Shown here in pieces: positions 33,771 to 48,015 of a stretch of DNA of 56,721 nt. The notes under the pieces were generated by a model, which had not been told where the DNA came from, searched no databases, and was given only the letters and a program-made list of their open reading frames with translations. This DNA comes from Octopus bimaculoides (taxonomy: Eukaryota). A program made the position numbers and the translations under genes. The stretch spans positions 80,674,084-80,730,804 of the forward strand of contig NC_068985.1 of the NCBI RefSeq assembly GCF_001194135.2, read 5' to 3'. The stretch's first letter is position 1, and every line of letters begins with the position of its first letter.

Positions 33771-36709
33771 GTAGTAGTGACAGTAGTAGTGTTAGCAGCA
33801 ATCAAAGGAATCACATCACCAAGATGCATCTTAGTAATTCCTTGGCTATAGAATTTGTTAAATTTCTATTCCAGGCCTTACTTTAAACTGCAGTTAAGTC
33901 CCATAGGGTAAAACAGAGTTTGTTTCTATACTAAATTATGAAGACATTGCAAGGGAGAGGTGTTAATCATATCAACTGGCAATCTTAAAGAACTTAGTAA
34001 TGTAAATCACAAAAATAACAAAAAAAAAAGCAAAGAACGAAACAAAAAAACAAACAAACAAAAAACCTGGTCATTTATTTGAGTTACCAAGAGCTTAGTT
34101 CTTTTTAATAATGAGGAGAGATTTTATTTGTGCTTTTTTAAAAATAAATTATCTTACAAGAGAAGCTATGTCTGTAGTCTTTGTAGACTCTCTTATGTGG
34201 GTGTTGTTCAGTTTGAAGTTTTGTAGTTTGATGTTTATAAGGAAAACAACAAAGAGGGAAGTTTTATAGGGTTGTATTTCTGGGCTGGTTAAAGAAAAAA
34301 CTATGTATTTTGTAGGACTAAGTTACAAAAAAACACACAAAAAAAAACAACAAAAAAAAGCAAAAAAACAAAACAAAAAAACCTCTATTACTTTTGTAAT
34401 TTCTCTTTATGAGTTGATAAAGATGTATTGAATCTCCAAGGAACAGGAACAATATCAGTTACTTCATGTTTGTGTGAAAATCATAACATATTTTTAAGTG
34501 TGTTTGACTGTGAAGAAATGATGTCATAGTCGCAATAGTTTTAATTATGTGTTGGTAAGATAGGCATTAAGAAAACATGCAAAACAGTTGATATATTCAT
34601 CATATGCTACATAAAAACAGAGGGAAACAGTGTAATCAAAGCTTGTTTAAAATAGCTGCATGCAACTAATTAGATTTTGTTTTATATTACAAGAATGAAA
34701 ATATAGAAATAGCCAATAAAATATGACATAAAAAAAGATCATTGAATGAAAATAAAAATTACAACAAAATTTATGGCTCTTGAATTATGTAACTAAATGT
34801 CTTAATATGTGTTGTTCATACATTTCAACTAATCTTTTTTCATGTTGGCAGCATGCAACATTGACCATGTTTTAATAAATTTAAATGATTTGATTTTACC
34901 AACAAGAAAATGTTGATGTTACAGTGAGAAGCAACACAAATTGTGTATTCATTGTTAAAAACAAAAATTAAATTATAAAAATCAAGACTTACCAGTGTAT
35001 GTTATTTTATTTATAGTTAGCTTAATGTTGGTGTGGAAAGTTGGGAGGTAGGTAGGGCATTATCTGTTCAGTATCAAATTTCTTAATATAAATGATATGG
35101 CAACAGAATTAAGAAATTATCATGAAATGTAACTATCCATTTGACTGATATAAAGTAAAGATGATTTGCTTTGAATATCTCTTAATTATCTTCTTTTGAT
35201 AGTGTCCATCATCACAAATAAAGCAATTTTGACAGTTGCTAACTAACTTTAATTTCATATTTTTAACTTTCCTACACTCATTTAATTTGATAGATTTATC
35301 AAGATTTCCATCAAATTGAAAGGATTAAAATATGCAGTGGATATAAGCTGGATCAGTATTTGTTTTGTTAATATTATATTTTTTGTTTCAAATGTATATT
35401 CAAGTCCACTGCTTCTTTTCATTCTGCATTGGTTGGGCGACATTTTGAAATGGTTTAAAGGAAATTAATTTTACTGTTTTTTTCTCTTTTACTATTTTCC
35501 TATATTGAAGGCACCTGATATCATCAAAAATCTTTGTAAATGTAAATTTTGGGCATTTATAGCTTTGAAAAGATTAAAAATCTTTAATTATCATTGTAAT
35601 TAGAAAAATAAGATTTTGGTTTTTAAGTTTCTTTACAATCTTCAATCTAAGTGCTTTATTTAAATGTTTGTTGGTATTCAGAATATATATAGCTGTCTGT
35701 TAAACAAAAAATAAAAAGAAGGGGAAGAGGAGACTGGGGGGGATAACTTTTAGTTTTCAACACTGGAAAATCTCACTATTATTGGTGATTTCACAACAGA
35801 TTACGTTATTTAAATTCAAAACTTTGGTTTATCTGTGAAATTCTTCAGGTAGTAAGTCCTATAAACCATTGGGTCAAAGAGACTCCATTTAAAAATTTTG
35901 TATTTGCACAGAATGAGGAGTATACATGAATAGTGCAGAGTTAATCTCTTGAGAATGTCACTCCACTTGCATATATAGTTGCCAGTGCTTAATAGTCACA
36001 TAGTACTGTTGCTACTGATACTGGTTAGCTTTACCATGACACACTACTGATTTGCAACCAGAAGTTCTGTAGTTCAGTTTTAGAATTGGCACACTATATC
36101 TTTGCCTGCTATCAGAGGAGACTATAAGAGGCTGGTGACAGGAAGGGTGTCTCCAACCGTAACATAGGTTTTCTGCAGAAAACCTGCCTAATTTTAAGTA
36201 TGTCTTGCATTGACATTATTTTAGTTATTTTATATTGCAATTAGTGAACATCAGTGTAATTAGTTACTGATCTCTAACAAGCTAACTACTGTTGCTGCTG
36301 TATCATCAGCAGATGAACACCATCAACCATTTGTTTCCATATTTCACTCCCCTGCATTGCTCTTGGTATGTCACTTTTCAATAGACCAGAGTCTTCTACC
36401 AGTTGGTCAGTAAATATCCTTGCAGGACGACCCCTAAATTGCTTTCTGTGTGTTGGTACTCACATCAGCTTGTGACTTACTATTTCGTCCTTGCTATGAA
36501 AGCTGTGTCCACAAAATTTCAGTCTTCTTTCCATTATGGCTGCCTGTATATCTGATGGCTATCTCTGTATCTCTCTGTATATCCGATGACAATGCAGTGT
36601 CCGACATGATGCACAACAAATATTGCAAGATATTTCATTTGGAAATACCAGCTTTTCAGTATTCTTGTTGATGTGAAAGATATACACACATCTGTGTGAG
36701 CGCATACAT

Positions 36710-36760
<51 letters not shown>

Positions 36761-36937
36761 NNNNNNNNNNNNNNNNNNNNNNNNNNNNNNNNNNNNNNNN
36801 NNNNNNNNNNNNNNNNNNNNNNNNNNNNNNNNNNNNNNNNNNNNNNNNNNNNNNNNNNNNNNNNNNNNNNNNNNNNNNNNNNNNNNNNNNNNNNNNNNNN
36901 NNNNNNNNNNNNNNNNNNNNNNNNNNNNNNNNNNNNN
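36761..36937. other. Assembly gap (N177) inside (CA)n
   Basis: N run. Confidence 0.99.
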
Positions 36938-37104
36938 TACACACACACACAGCAAATAACCTAGAAGCCACTGGTAGTGGCTTTCAAAGAGAAGAAAAGA
37001 TAATTTCAAGAGATCATGAATTAACAGCTCAAAGTTAATTTGCATGTAGAGGAGACTGAATCTGATCATTGTTCACAGTCAAGAGACTCACACTCACTCA
37101 CTCA

Positions 37105-37137
<33 letters not shown>

Positions 37138-37370
37138 TCTCTCACACATACACACATACACAATATCACACACACACACACACACACACATGCACACACA
37201 TTACATATAATAATGATAGTCTCTTTGAGTCCAGGAAAGACGATGATCTATGCACGAAAATATTGTTGTGGGAAAACTTTGGCAGAGACAACCCTGCTCT
37301 CTTGACCTCTTGAAGTTTGTGTTCACTGGCACAAAGATTGTTATGAATGGTGGCCTCTCCAGCTCCATAC

Positions 37371-37404
<34 letters not shown>

Positions 37405-37744
37405 ACGTACATTTGTACATACATACATACATTCATACATACACTCACACAACACACAAAACAGTTTCCCATAGTTTCTGTCTTTGAAATACCACTCTCA
37501 GGATATTGGAGAATATTGTAGATGTTTGTCCAAATTGTTACCCATTAGGATAAAATCTCGAATCATGTGGTTGCAATGCAAACTTCTTTAGCACACAGTC
37601 ATGTATATGCTCATAATATTCACAATGAAGGTTATACAAGGAAATATTTTGAAAAAAATACTTGCAGTATTCACATCACTGAGTCAGAGACATTCTTTAT
37701 GAGATTTTATTTGAAATTATTTGAAATATAAGTTTTAATAATAA

Positions 37745-37945
37745 GGTGGCAAGCTGCCAGAATCATAAGCATGTCAGGCATTTCGTTTGTCTTTATGTTA
37801 TGAGTTCAAATTCTGCTGAGGTCAACTTTGTTTGTCATTCTTTTGGAGTCAATAAAATAAGTACCAGTTGAGTATGGAGTCAATTTAATCGACCTATACC
37901 TCCCCCAAAATTGCCGGCCTTGTGCTAGAACTTGAAAGTAATATT
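37745..37945 (+). mobile_element. SINE family A
   Basis: aggtggcaagctgccagaatc...gagttcaaattctgctgaggtcaactttg...ggccttgtgctag. Confidence 0.8.
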
Positions 37946-40900
37946 AGTTTATCATTAATGTTATTGATATGGAAAAAAAAATCATACAATTCCTTAGTTC
38001 AAGCTGTAAAATTTGAATTAATGAATATGTAGAACAATTCTCTTTTAAAGATTAGTAAAAAGTGATTAAACAAAAACGATGTGATGCTTTGTTTTTATGT
38101 AATTTTATCAATTATACAAAGAAAGTATGATAGCATTCAAAGTGATTTTATGTTGAAAGCCAGTTGTAGTATTTGCATTATGACTGCAATGGAAATAAAA
38201 AAAATTAAAGGTTTCTTAACATTTATGTAATAGGAATATAATATATTACTTGGTTATGTAGTTTCTGCTTCCTGTTTTATGGCACATTAAGCTATATTTC
38301 ATTAAGGCACTAAAGTCTGTTTATTTAATGATCAACATGGTATGGTTAATATGACCTTATAAAAACATAAAAATATCCTTGAACTGTCTTGTCAGTGGTG
38401 TACAATAGAATTTGTTGCTCAGTATGAAAAAGATGTTTTTTTTATATCACTGCTTTTATGGTTAACTTTCAAGCCAAACAATTCAACTTGGCATTGTAAA
38501 GAAATTTGTGATTTCCTTATTTCTTGTAAAGCAAACATCTATTACATATGTGGGAAATTCTGTCCATGAGTGTGTTTGTTTGCAGAGTTGTGAGTTAACT
38601 CCTCCTACATCGTTTTATCAATTTTGATGAAACATGACACTTGAGTAGAATTCATGTCTGGAAACCTCATGGCATACTCAGATTGTTGAAAAAAATCGAT
38701 AATAGGGCCCCTGGACAAGATCCTTATACATAACTGATATATTTTATTTTAACAGCCAAGGGAAATAACCCATTCATTTTCCTATATTATTTGGTAAAAA
38801 TCAAATTAAGTATGCTTATATCTTAGTATTTGAACTGTTAGAGTTATTTTCGCATTTTATCCAGTACAACCCTTAAACAAGTAAATAGTATTTTCCTAAA
38901 CAATAGATCCACTTATTTCAGTTAGTGTCTTATTTACGAATATACCAACACTAGCACCGCTGAGGATAATATTCTCTGCGAACGTACAAAAGCCCTTTTC
39001 AGAGTTATTTACTTTGAATTGTTATTATTTCATATCTGATTGGCCTGTTATTAAGTAACATGCTTCAGGATTTTAGTATAAATACCTTATTGATATTTCC
39101 TCCTAAGTTCTATATACTCTGGGAATGCATTAAAGCCCTTTTTGGGGCTACTTTATTTACATTCTTACTATTGGGTAACTAATTTCATGTTATTACATAA
39201 CTGACTCCACAATTTGAGTATTCAAAACTTATTGGGAATTCTTTATAACAAGATCCTGTGTAAGACAGTTACCGTTTTAAGGGCTACATACTTTGTATTG
39301 TTGTTATTGGATTAGCGAAACCATTATGAGAACAGAACCAAGGGATAAACCCCACTTTTCCAGGAATTAATGGCTACATCAGTTAATATCTAAATATTTT
39401 GAAGGCTCTTTCTTTATCAAAGGTATTAAAAAAATATTCCACATTTTCATCTGACATTTTTCTTGTTTGTTTTTAGTCGATGCAATTAACCTTATTATAG
39501 CAATCTTATTTTCTTTCATGAATTACAAGAAGAACATCAGAGGTTAAGAGTTGTTCCCAGGACTATAGCAGTCAATAGTTTTTCTTTTAACATAATTAAA
39601 ACCAAAAATGGTGTAAACATTTAGTTGTAAGATAACGAAATGGATTCTCAGGAAAATAGAAAGTTGTTACTTCCCAAGGTTTTCATTTCATCATTTTAGA
39701 ACAAAACTAGTTATTTCCTTTTATGATAGGATTAAAATTATCTGATGAGTGATGTTAATAGTTTCGTGTCAAAATTAAAAAAATAATGAAATGTGTAAAA
39801 CAGTTAGGGTATAAATTGTATAAAAATAAAAGATCTAATTTTGAAATTAATTTTCTGGTTTGTTAAGTTCCAAGAAAGACTCTATGGTATTAGTTGGAGT
39901 CTTGATATTAAATGAAAAATGAGTTATCTGTTTATGACTTATCTCTTATCTCCAAATTCATGTTTTAATGTTCTACCCAGGGAAAAGTTGTTAGTATCTT
40001 GTGATTTTAGTTTATCCTGCTTCATTTCATTATTACATAGATTTTGTTTTCCAGTTGTAATATTTAAGAAAATCTTTGCAATATTTTTAATATCCTTCAA
40101 AAAGTGTTGACTGTGTTTTCTTCATCATGTACTGTTTATTGTCTAATTAGAGATATTTTTAATTTGTATTCAACATTGTGTTTTAATATATGTATTTTTG
40201 TAACCAATATATATTTTCAAGCTGATTAATCTGATAGTTACTTTTGTAAGTGAGATGTTAATGTAAATAACTAGCTGTAATTAATTTTTTTCAAGCATTT
40301 GTTTCAAAGTTGCTGCAATTATCACTGTGTGTAGTGTTGCTCAGGTATGCTTGGCATAAAGGAAATAGAAACACTATGTATCTTAAATATCTCAGAACTT
40401 CATCATTGGATTACTTATTGAGAAACAAATATCTGATGAAATTTTACAGAAATGCATTTAATGAGGGGAAAAAAGAGCCAGTAAAATATCATATTTATTT
40501 GTAAACATAGTTTGACATTTTTCTTGTCGCAAATCTATTTGCTCATCAAATTAATCATAGCAGCAAATGCACCTCTAGTATTTCTGTTGAAGCAATACAG
40601 TTGACTGCTTCAAACAAAGTAACTGGTATACATTGTTTGTGTTGTTAGATAATGAGCATTTAATAATAGTACATAAGACTTGGCTGGTTAGCAGAAGAAA
40701 TGCAACCAATCCACACTACTGTATTGCATCTCACAGAATAATTTTAATTCCTATATGTTTACAATGAGAAATTCTGTTTATGGCCACTAGATCTAATAAA
40801 AAGAACTGCCATATCTACCTCAAATCATACCCTACCTATTCAAAGAAGGATATGTTGGACAATGTAGTCCCTAATATACAAAAAAAGATGGGAACATCAA

Positions 40901-41166
40901 GAATGGAATGCCTCCATCACAGCTGACCTGCTACTAAACTCTCCCCTCTTATATACCACAATATGCTAAGTGATTTTCAGTATATTTGAATTGTGATATC
41001 TATAAATTTAGCCTAGATACTTGGACAGCTATATATATATTCCATAGGGCTGATTAGTGAAGATAGATCTCAGCTTCAAATAAATAATCAAGTTATTATC
41101 TTCATAACATATATAATGACTTTTTGTTTTATTTAGAAATATAAAATTTTAATGAAAATGTTCCAA

Positions 41167-41279
41167 TTAGATTGGAGCCTGGTGTTGCCATCCGGTTTCA
41201 CCAGTCCTCAGTCAAATCGTCCAGCCCATGCTAGCATGGAAAGTGGACGTTAAACGATGATAATGATGATGATGATGAT
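41167..41279 (+). mobile_element. 3' piece of family C repeat
   Basis: agattggagcctggtgttgccatccggtttcaccagtcctcagtcaaatcgtcc...ggacgttaaacgatgat. Confidence 0.85.
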
Positions 41280-41299
41280 ATATATATGTGTCTATATAT

Positions 41300-41525
41300 T
41301 TGTGAGTGTTTGTGTCTGTGTTTGTCCTCCCATCACCACTTGACAACCGGTGTTGATATTTACATCTCTGTAACTTTGTGGTTAGGCAAAAGAGACTGAT
41401 AGAATAAGTACTAGGCTTACAAAGAATAAGTTCTGGGATCGATTTGTTTGACTAAATTCCTTTAAGGTGGTGCTCCAGCATTGCTGCAGTTATATGACTG
41501 AAACAAATAAAAGAATAAAAGAAGA
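41300..41525 (+). mobile_element. 3' half of SINE family B
   Basis: gtttgtcctccc...cttgacaaccggtgttg...gcaaaagagactgatagaataagtactaggc...gactgaaacaaataaaagaataaaagaa. Confidence 0.8.
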
Positions 41526-41872
41526 TACCAAGAGTCCTCTGACAGTTAACCCTTTGCATCAATGACCTACAACAGATAAAATGTTGGCTCTTTATTTCTG
41601 TGACCAAACAAATAGTGATGAATCATTTGTTTTCTATGATTTTCCAAATAAGAAATATCAAAAGTAATGATTATTCATAGGATTCACTTTTTCTTCAGTA
41701 CTTTTACATGTAATTTTTATCAACATACTCATTTAAAAACAGTTATGCTACATTGTCATTTGTATATTTTTTCAATGCCTTCCAGTATTACTTAATGGCA
41801 CACAACAAAAGAGTGTAGAAGTTTGTGAAATATAGTAAAGATTTCTCTCCTAATCCTATATNNNNNNNNNNT

Positions 41873-41925
<53 letters not shown>

Positions 41926-42192
41926 TGTATGAATATAAAACAAAAATTGGATGCAGACAATATGCACAGAACTGCACCCATTATGCAACTATTTTTGAAA
42001 TAGCTGTAAAGATAGATCTATGCACTTTTTTAAAAATCATTTCCAAAGTTTCTACCCTTGATAACTTTCATCTATGTACTTAACCATGTATTATCAATAC
42101 TACAGACTTTCTGCTCCATCCTGGAGTCTACCTGTTTATATTCCAACTATTAAAAACTTCCTACAGATAGAAGTTTTATTAACCTCCTGGTA

Positions 42193-42271
42193 TACATACA
42201 TACAAGCTTACATACATACAAGCTTACATACATACAAGCTTACATACATACAAGCTTACATACATACAAGC

Positions 42272-42300
<29 letters not shown>
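42193..42300. repeat. Five copies of a 16-bp unit followed by (TACA)7
   Basis: TACATACATACAAGCT x5 (42193-42272), then pure TACA repeats. Confidence 0.95.
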
Positions 42301-42303
<3 letters not shown>

Positions 42304-42560
42304 GTACTCTTTTAAGTGTTTGTTTTATTCTATAAGTTGTATCATTATAAATATGTTATAAATCTTACTTGATACCTGTTGTCTCCCTGTCTTGGCTTTT
42401 GTTCTGTTATGCATATACCAGCTTGATTGGTACATATCCAATCTTCATTTGGGCAGATATTGTATCCCTGCATTTAAAGTTGGAGCTCAAGCACAAGTTC
42501 AACCTGAGCATTAATTGTATGTACCTATTATCTTATGTCATTTGACATTGTATAACCCAC

Positions 42561-42601
<41 letters not shown>

Positions 42602-42959
42602 TCATTGTTTGGTTCATGTATTAGGTTGTCTGTTTCTCCATGCTAGATTAGCTTATGTGGGAGAAGTATTTGAGGCAGCATTTTTATGGTCAGTTGCTTT
42701 TTCTGTTGCTAACACCCAACTGTTTTTCAAGTAAGGAATTTGTTTTTTATTCCAGAGAAATCCAAAAGTACAGAGATAGTGATTAATTTATTGACACAAA
42801 AATGTCACCAGATAACACCATTTGCAACTCAACCACAAACAGTGATATTATGGCTTGTAGCTGAGCAGCAAATAGTGATGTCACTCAATATAGAATGTGT
42901 GTATGCATGCATGCATGCATACACACACACACGTGCACACACTCACACACACATGTATG

Positions 42960-42993
<34 letters not shown>

Positions 42994-43264
42994 TGTTTTC
43001 TTTTCATTATAGTTGTAAACAAGTGTCATCCTCATAGAAGTGGTGTTATTCGTTTCTGATATTCTGTGAAAACATGTCTAGCCAAGAGGAAATATTACTT
43101 GGATAGCTAATTTCTCAGTTATCAACATCTTTTTTCTGTAAATGACTTAAAGCCTACCTTGAAATATTGAAAGAGCTGATAATAGTACCAACCACCAACT
43201 TGTATTATTAATTTTTTATAGCCTGCATTGTTTTGGCTTTAAAACAATTTAAAACATTAGTGAG

Positions 43265-43605
43265 TGAATTTGGTAGATGGAAACTGAAAGAACCTCATTA
43301 TATTTGTGTGTGAGTGTGTATGTGTATGTATCTATGTGTGTGTTTTTGTATTTGTGTTTGTCTTCCACCACAACTTTGCAACTGGTATTGGTGTATTTAT
43401 GACTCCCTGTAACTTAGCAGTTTTCCAAAAAGAGACTGATAGAATAAGTAACAGGTTTAAAAAATAATAAGTACTGGGGTTGATTCATTTGACAAAAATT
43501 TTTCAGTGTGGTGACCCAACATAACCACAGTTTAATGACTGACACAAGTAGATGATAAAAGATATGCCCCAGCATGGCAACAGTCTGAAACAAGTAAAAG
43601 AAAAG
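43265..43605 (+). mobile_element. 5'-truncated SINE family B with doubled tail
   Basis: gaatttggtagatggaaactgaaag...aagagactgatagaataagta...gactgacacaagtag, then a second cccagcatggcaacagtctgaaacaagtaaaag. Confidence 0.7.
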
Positions 43606-43612
43606 ATCAAAG

Positions 43613-43678
<66 letters not shown>

Positions 43679-44001
43679 TACATATAAATATGAGTATATA
43701 CATGCATACATACGTACATGCATACATACATACATACACACCTACATACATACATATTGTTGCTATTATGCAAAAGTATCATAAGTCCAAAATGTGCTTT
43801 TTCAGAAAACAAAAATATAGTTTTAACATTCCATAGCAAAACTGTTGTACTACACTTTGACAAATTTTGATATCTCAGCATCTGAAGTAGCTGGAGATAC
43901 AATAGTTTGACCAAAAGAACCAGCTATTGCAAGCAAAGGTAAATATTGAAAAAAATGCATTTGGCCAAATTTGGACATACACCAGTTTAGCACAATAGCA
44001 A

Positions 44002-44052
<51 letters not shown>

Positions 44053-44299
44053 TATATACATATATATATACATAAATTAATATAACTAGGCACAATATAA
44101 TACCACAAAGGAAAAATTTTATCGTCACTAACTGTGACTGACAGTGTTGAAGCATTCTTTTTCTGTAATTCTACAAGATTACTTCTATTTGATTAAATTC
44201 AATGTTTTTGCCTATTCCCATCATCTGCTGGCTCACTTTATAGACTTAAATATTACCTTATAAGTTTCAGTAAGTGTCTTACATGAAGGTGCCAATACT

Positions 44300-44491
44300 C
44301 ATGCCAGTGCCACATTAAAAGCACCTAACACACTGTAAAATGGTTGGAGTTAAGAAGGGCGTCCAGCCATAGAAACCAAGCCAAATCAGACTAGAACCTT
44401 GACTCAGCTCTCCAGTTTGCCAGCTCTGGTCAAACTGCCCAACCTATCCCAGCATGGAAAACAGACATTAAAGGATGATGGTGATGATGAT
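44300..44491 (+). mobile_element. Family C repeat
   Basis: ggttggagttaagaagggcgtccagccatagaaacc...cccagcatggaaaacagacattaaaggatgatggtgatgatgat. Confidence 0.8.
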
Positions 44492-46222
44492 GTAGCTCAA
44501 ATATTTAGGTTTTGTTTAGGAAACAATTCAAGTTCATAACTTTAATTCTCTAAATGTTCATGGCATTCTTATGATCTTTAAATCTCTCATCATTTCCTTT
44601 GATTATAGCTACTGAATACAAATTATTGTAGATATAGAAATTTATCAATAGACTTTCAAATGCAAAGAACAGTGTACTAGAAATAATATGAATTTTGTAT
44701 AATACTGAATTAACAAGCAGAGAACAAGTGCATGAATCTCATGCTGCATGTATTACTAGGAAGTGATATGAAGAATAGCACTTAAGTCTTGTACACAGAT
44801 AATAGATAGAGACCAAGTTATTATCTCAGTTATTTTGCTGAGGTACTAACTAAATAGCTAAGCTGTAAAATTTATTCTAGTTTATGGACTGACAAAGAAG
44901 ATATGAGTAAATGTACTGCCTGATAAAACACCTTATGTGAATTTTATGAGCTGATGAAAATGTATTGTTAAAGAAGTTTACATGATTTGCATTACTTATT
45001 TATCTATTTGAAACTTTATACTCAGAAAGTAAATTAATAAATGTCAGTTACAATAATAATAATGATAATAATAATAATAATAATAATAGCAGCAAAAAAT
45101 AAACCAAAACACATGATTGCTGCAACAGAATATGATAGGCAGTGGCCGGTTTAGAAAATGTAGAAGGAATATAATTTTATATTTTCATAGTTGTTTCTTA
45201 TTATTGAAGGGTTAATTGCTTGGTGCTTTAGTCATATGCCAGTGTCTTGATTGAATATTAGTTTCAATTTGCTATATGCTATGAAATACAGAACACAGAA
45301 TTACCTTACTATCAACAACCTTGTAATAATTAGATTCCAATATCACTAGTGTATTTTATTTGAAATTCAATCAGAAATTTGAAGAAAAATTTTAAAAACA
45401 CAATTTTAAAAACTCTTCTCAAATTCCTTAAATTTAGATACAATTTAATGAAGGGCTTCTTGAAATACAATCTTGTAGTACTGGTTGGGTAGAGAATCAA
45501 TTGATAATTTAGGCAACAGTTTTGTAATTTAACCTCTGCACCATCTGACAAATGTATAGAACATAATTGATTGCTCACTTGAAGTATACTGGCAAAGTAG
45601 ATTATTGACAAGTAGCTGATGGAGTGATATATCTAAATGTTCAAAACAACTTTCTGTTAACATCACATATCAGAAACAACAACAATTATTTCAAATTTGC
45701 TTTCTTTCTATGTAACTTAAGATTATTATTTCATGTTCTTGATACAAAATAAAAATTAATGTAATGATAAATGAATTGTAATTATATTTATGATTCTACC
45801 TCTCTGTTTTCATTTTTTAAAAAAGATATGTATTTTCACAATTTAATTATTGATTTGTAGTAACACTGTGCTAAAGAATAAATAGAAATATAGATATAGT
45901 GAAGGAAACAGAATCTATTAGAGGTAGCCACAAATGATAACTATAATTGTGGTTTTTGATTTGGTCTGGATTTTATGAATGTGATTACATGAAAATGATT
46001 ATAAAAAACAGTTGACAAATTCAAATACAGTTTGCAATACTTTGCAATACAAATTGCAATACTTTGTTATTTATACTGATCTTCACAGGAAAATATGTTT
46101 GGAGAACTAATTTAGGAGTGTGCACTGAGCACATTTCTTTGCTTAAACTAAGTGTAGGTGCTTACAAAAGTTCAAATGTAAAAGAGAATAAAAAAATGCC
46201 AATATCTCTTAGTTTGTATTTG

Positions 46223-46290
46223 TGCATTGGGACTCGTGCTATGGTCAGTGATCTGCATTGGGACTCGTGCTATGGTCAGTGATCTGCATT
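46223..46290. repeat. Perfect 31-bp tandem duplication
   Basis: TGCATTGGGACTCGTGCTATGGTCAGTGATC x2, plus TGCATT. Confidence 0.95.
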
Positions 46291-46599
46291 AACCTGTTCA
46301 ATAAGCCAGCTTATCTTTGTATTCCCAAGGTATTGTTTCACTCTAAGCGTGTACATTTTTCCTTGAGAAATTCAGGATCTATTGATAACTTATGGTCACC
46401 ATCTTTGATTCTCTATTCTATAGAGAAAATTTTTAAATAACTATTTTATATGGTTTACTGCTATAGTTGCTATATGCAGATAAACCATGCTCTTGCGAAA
46501 ATTATCACAAGAATGGGAACCTGTAATATCTGTTTTGTATCAAAGTAAGATAAATTTAAGTGAAGATTTTGGAGGTGACCCTTGTTGTTTTTGTTGTTG

Positions 46600-47180
46600 T
46601 TGTTCATCATCATCATCACCAGTCAGTTACAACTTGCACGTGGAATGATGGTCACATATTCTGCTCCATCTTCAGAGCCCTTGTTGATCATCACATATGA
46701 CACAACTATTGTCCACCAGGGTCTAGATCATAGTTTTGGAAAGATATCAACAGTTCACAGTTGAGGGCTTGTCTGGTGAACAACTCTAGGTGTCACAGAT
46801 AGTGCCTGGCAACTGTAGCAATCTTCCTGTTATCTTATTGACCAATGAAGGAAGAGTACCATAGTTTCTCACTTAGCACTTTTCTGACAAGGATTCTATG
46901 AACCATGATGTTCCCCTCTGAGTTCACCATGGATGATCTAAGTTACTTGAAGTCAGAACTTGCTCAAGTGAGGCACCTTCAGTAATGTTGAGTGGGGCTT
47001 GTTGACTGTGTATTCCATCATCTTTGTATTGAGGTCTAGCCTGGCTTCATTTCACTCACTTCCTACTCTTGACAGATGGTCCTAAGCATCTTTGGTTTCC
47101 TCCTGCAGCAAAATGATGGTGTCTCTACTGTCCAGATAAGCTAGTACCAACAAATCAATCTCTCTGATGTAAAAACCCTG
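46600..47180 (-). mobile_element. Degenerate RTE LINE 3' region with (GAT)n tail
   Basis: Minus strand LDLNTKMMEY...LEQV-DFK*LRSS resembles GLxLNxKKTEYM and LEQVxDFKYLGS. Ends gatgatgatgatg at ~46603-46617. Confidence 0.6.
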
Positions 47181-47597
47181 CTTTTATAGTAACAAATTTA
47201 ATCATTAATTGGTGTGTGATAGGGATAACTAGATGAAGTTAATGTCAGGAATATTCAGTCTAAAGAATTGTTTCTGGTTAGCATTTTTCATATTGGTCTA
47301 TGAGTACATATCTATATATGGAATAAAAATGGAACTAGTGGGCCCCTGTGGAAATTTGACTGTTAAAGTCAGCATATTTGAAAACTTAATGTTAGTATAT
47401 TAAGCACAAGCAAAGAATTTTTTAAAAATCTTTTGAAATCCTTTCATTTAATCAAAACTGCACTTTTAAATGTGATTGGAAAAAAAAACTTAGAAAGTAT
47501 TGCTTATTTATCTTTTAATGTGTTTAACAGATATGTCTGACTGTTTACAGTTTAAGGAAATAAAAGAATTAAAAATATAAAAACGTATTCATATATA

Positions 47598-48015
47598 TCA
47601 CCATCATCATCATCATTATCATTTAACATCCATTATCCATGCTGGCATAGGTTGGCTGGTCTGACCAGAGCTGGCAAGCTAGGAGATGCTACAAACTCCA
47701 GTCTGATTTTGCATGCTTTCTATGGCTGGATGCCCCTCCTAACACCAACTACTTTACAGAGTGTGCTGGATGCTTTTATGTGGTACTGCATGAGTACTTT
47801 TACATGACATTGCACAGGCTTTTCTACATGGCACTGCATGAGTGCTTTTATGTGGTGCCACATGGGCATTTTTACATGACATTGCACAGGTGTTTCTACA
47901 TGGCCCTGCATGAGTGCTTTTGTGTGGCACCATCTGTGTGCTTTTATGTGGTACGACATGGGCACTTTTACATGGCATTGCACAGGCGCTTTTACACGGC
48001 ACTTCCATGAGTGCT
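47598..48015 (-). mobile_element. Family C repeat with an expanded head minisatellite
   Basis: (CAT)n tail at 47598-47620, body ggctggatgcccctcctaacaccaactact, 24-bp array at the 5' end. Confidence 0.8.
47771..48011. repeat. Ten-unit 24-bp minisatellite with 72-bp higher-order periodicity
   Basis: Units 1/4/8, 2/5/9 and 3/6/10 form three sequence classes. The last unit is 25 bp. Confidence 0.9.

Noticed and set aside
38955-38990. Second hammerhead-like string CTGAGGA...GCGAACGTAC
   Set aside because: GAAC replaces GAAA, and no convincing stem II or stem I forms.
47771-48011. 24-bp repeat array as CRISPR or as an 8-aa repeat protein
   Set aside because: The units are contiguous with no unique spacers, the DNA is eukaryotic, and the array lies inside a retroposon.
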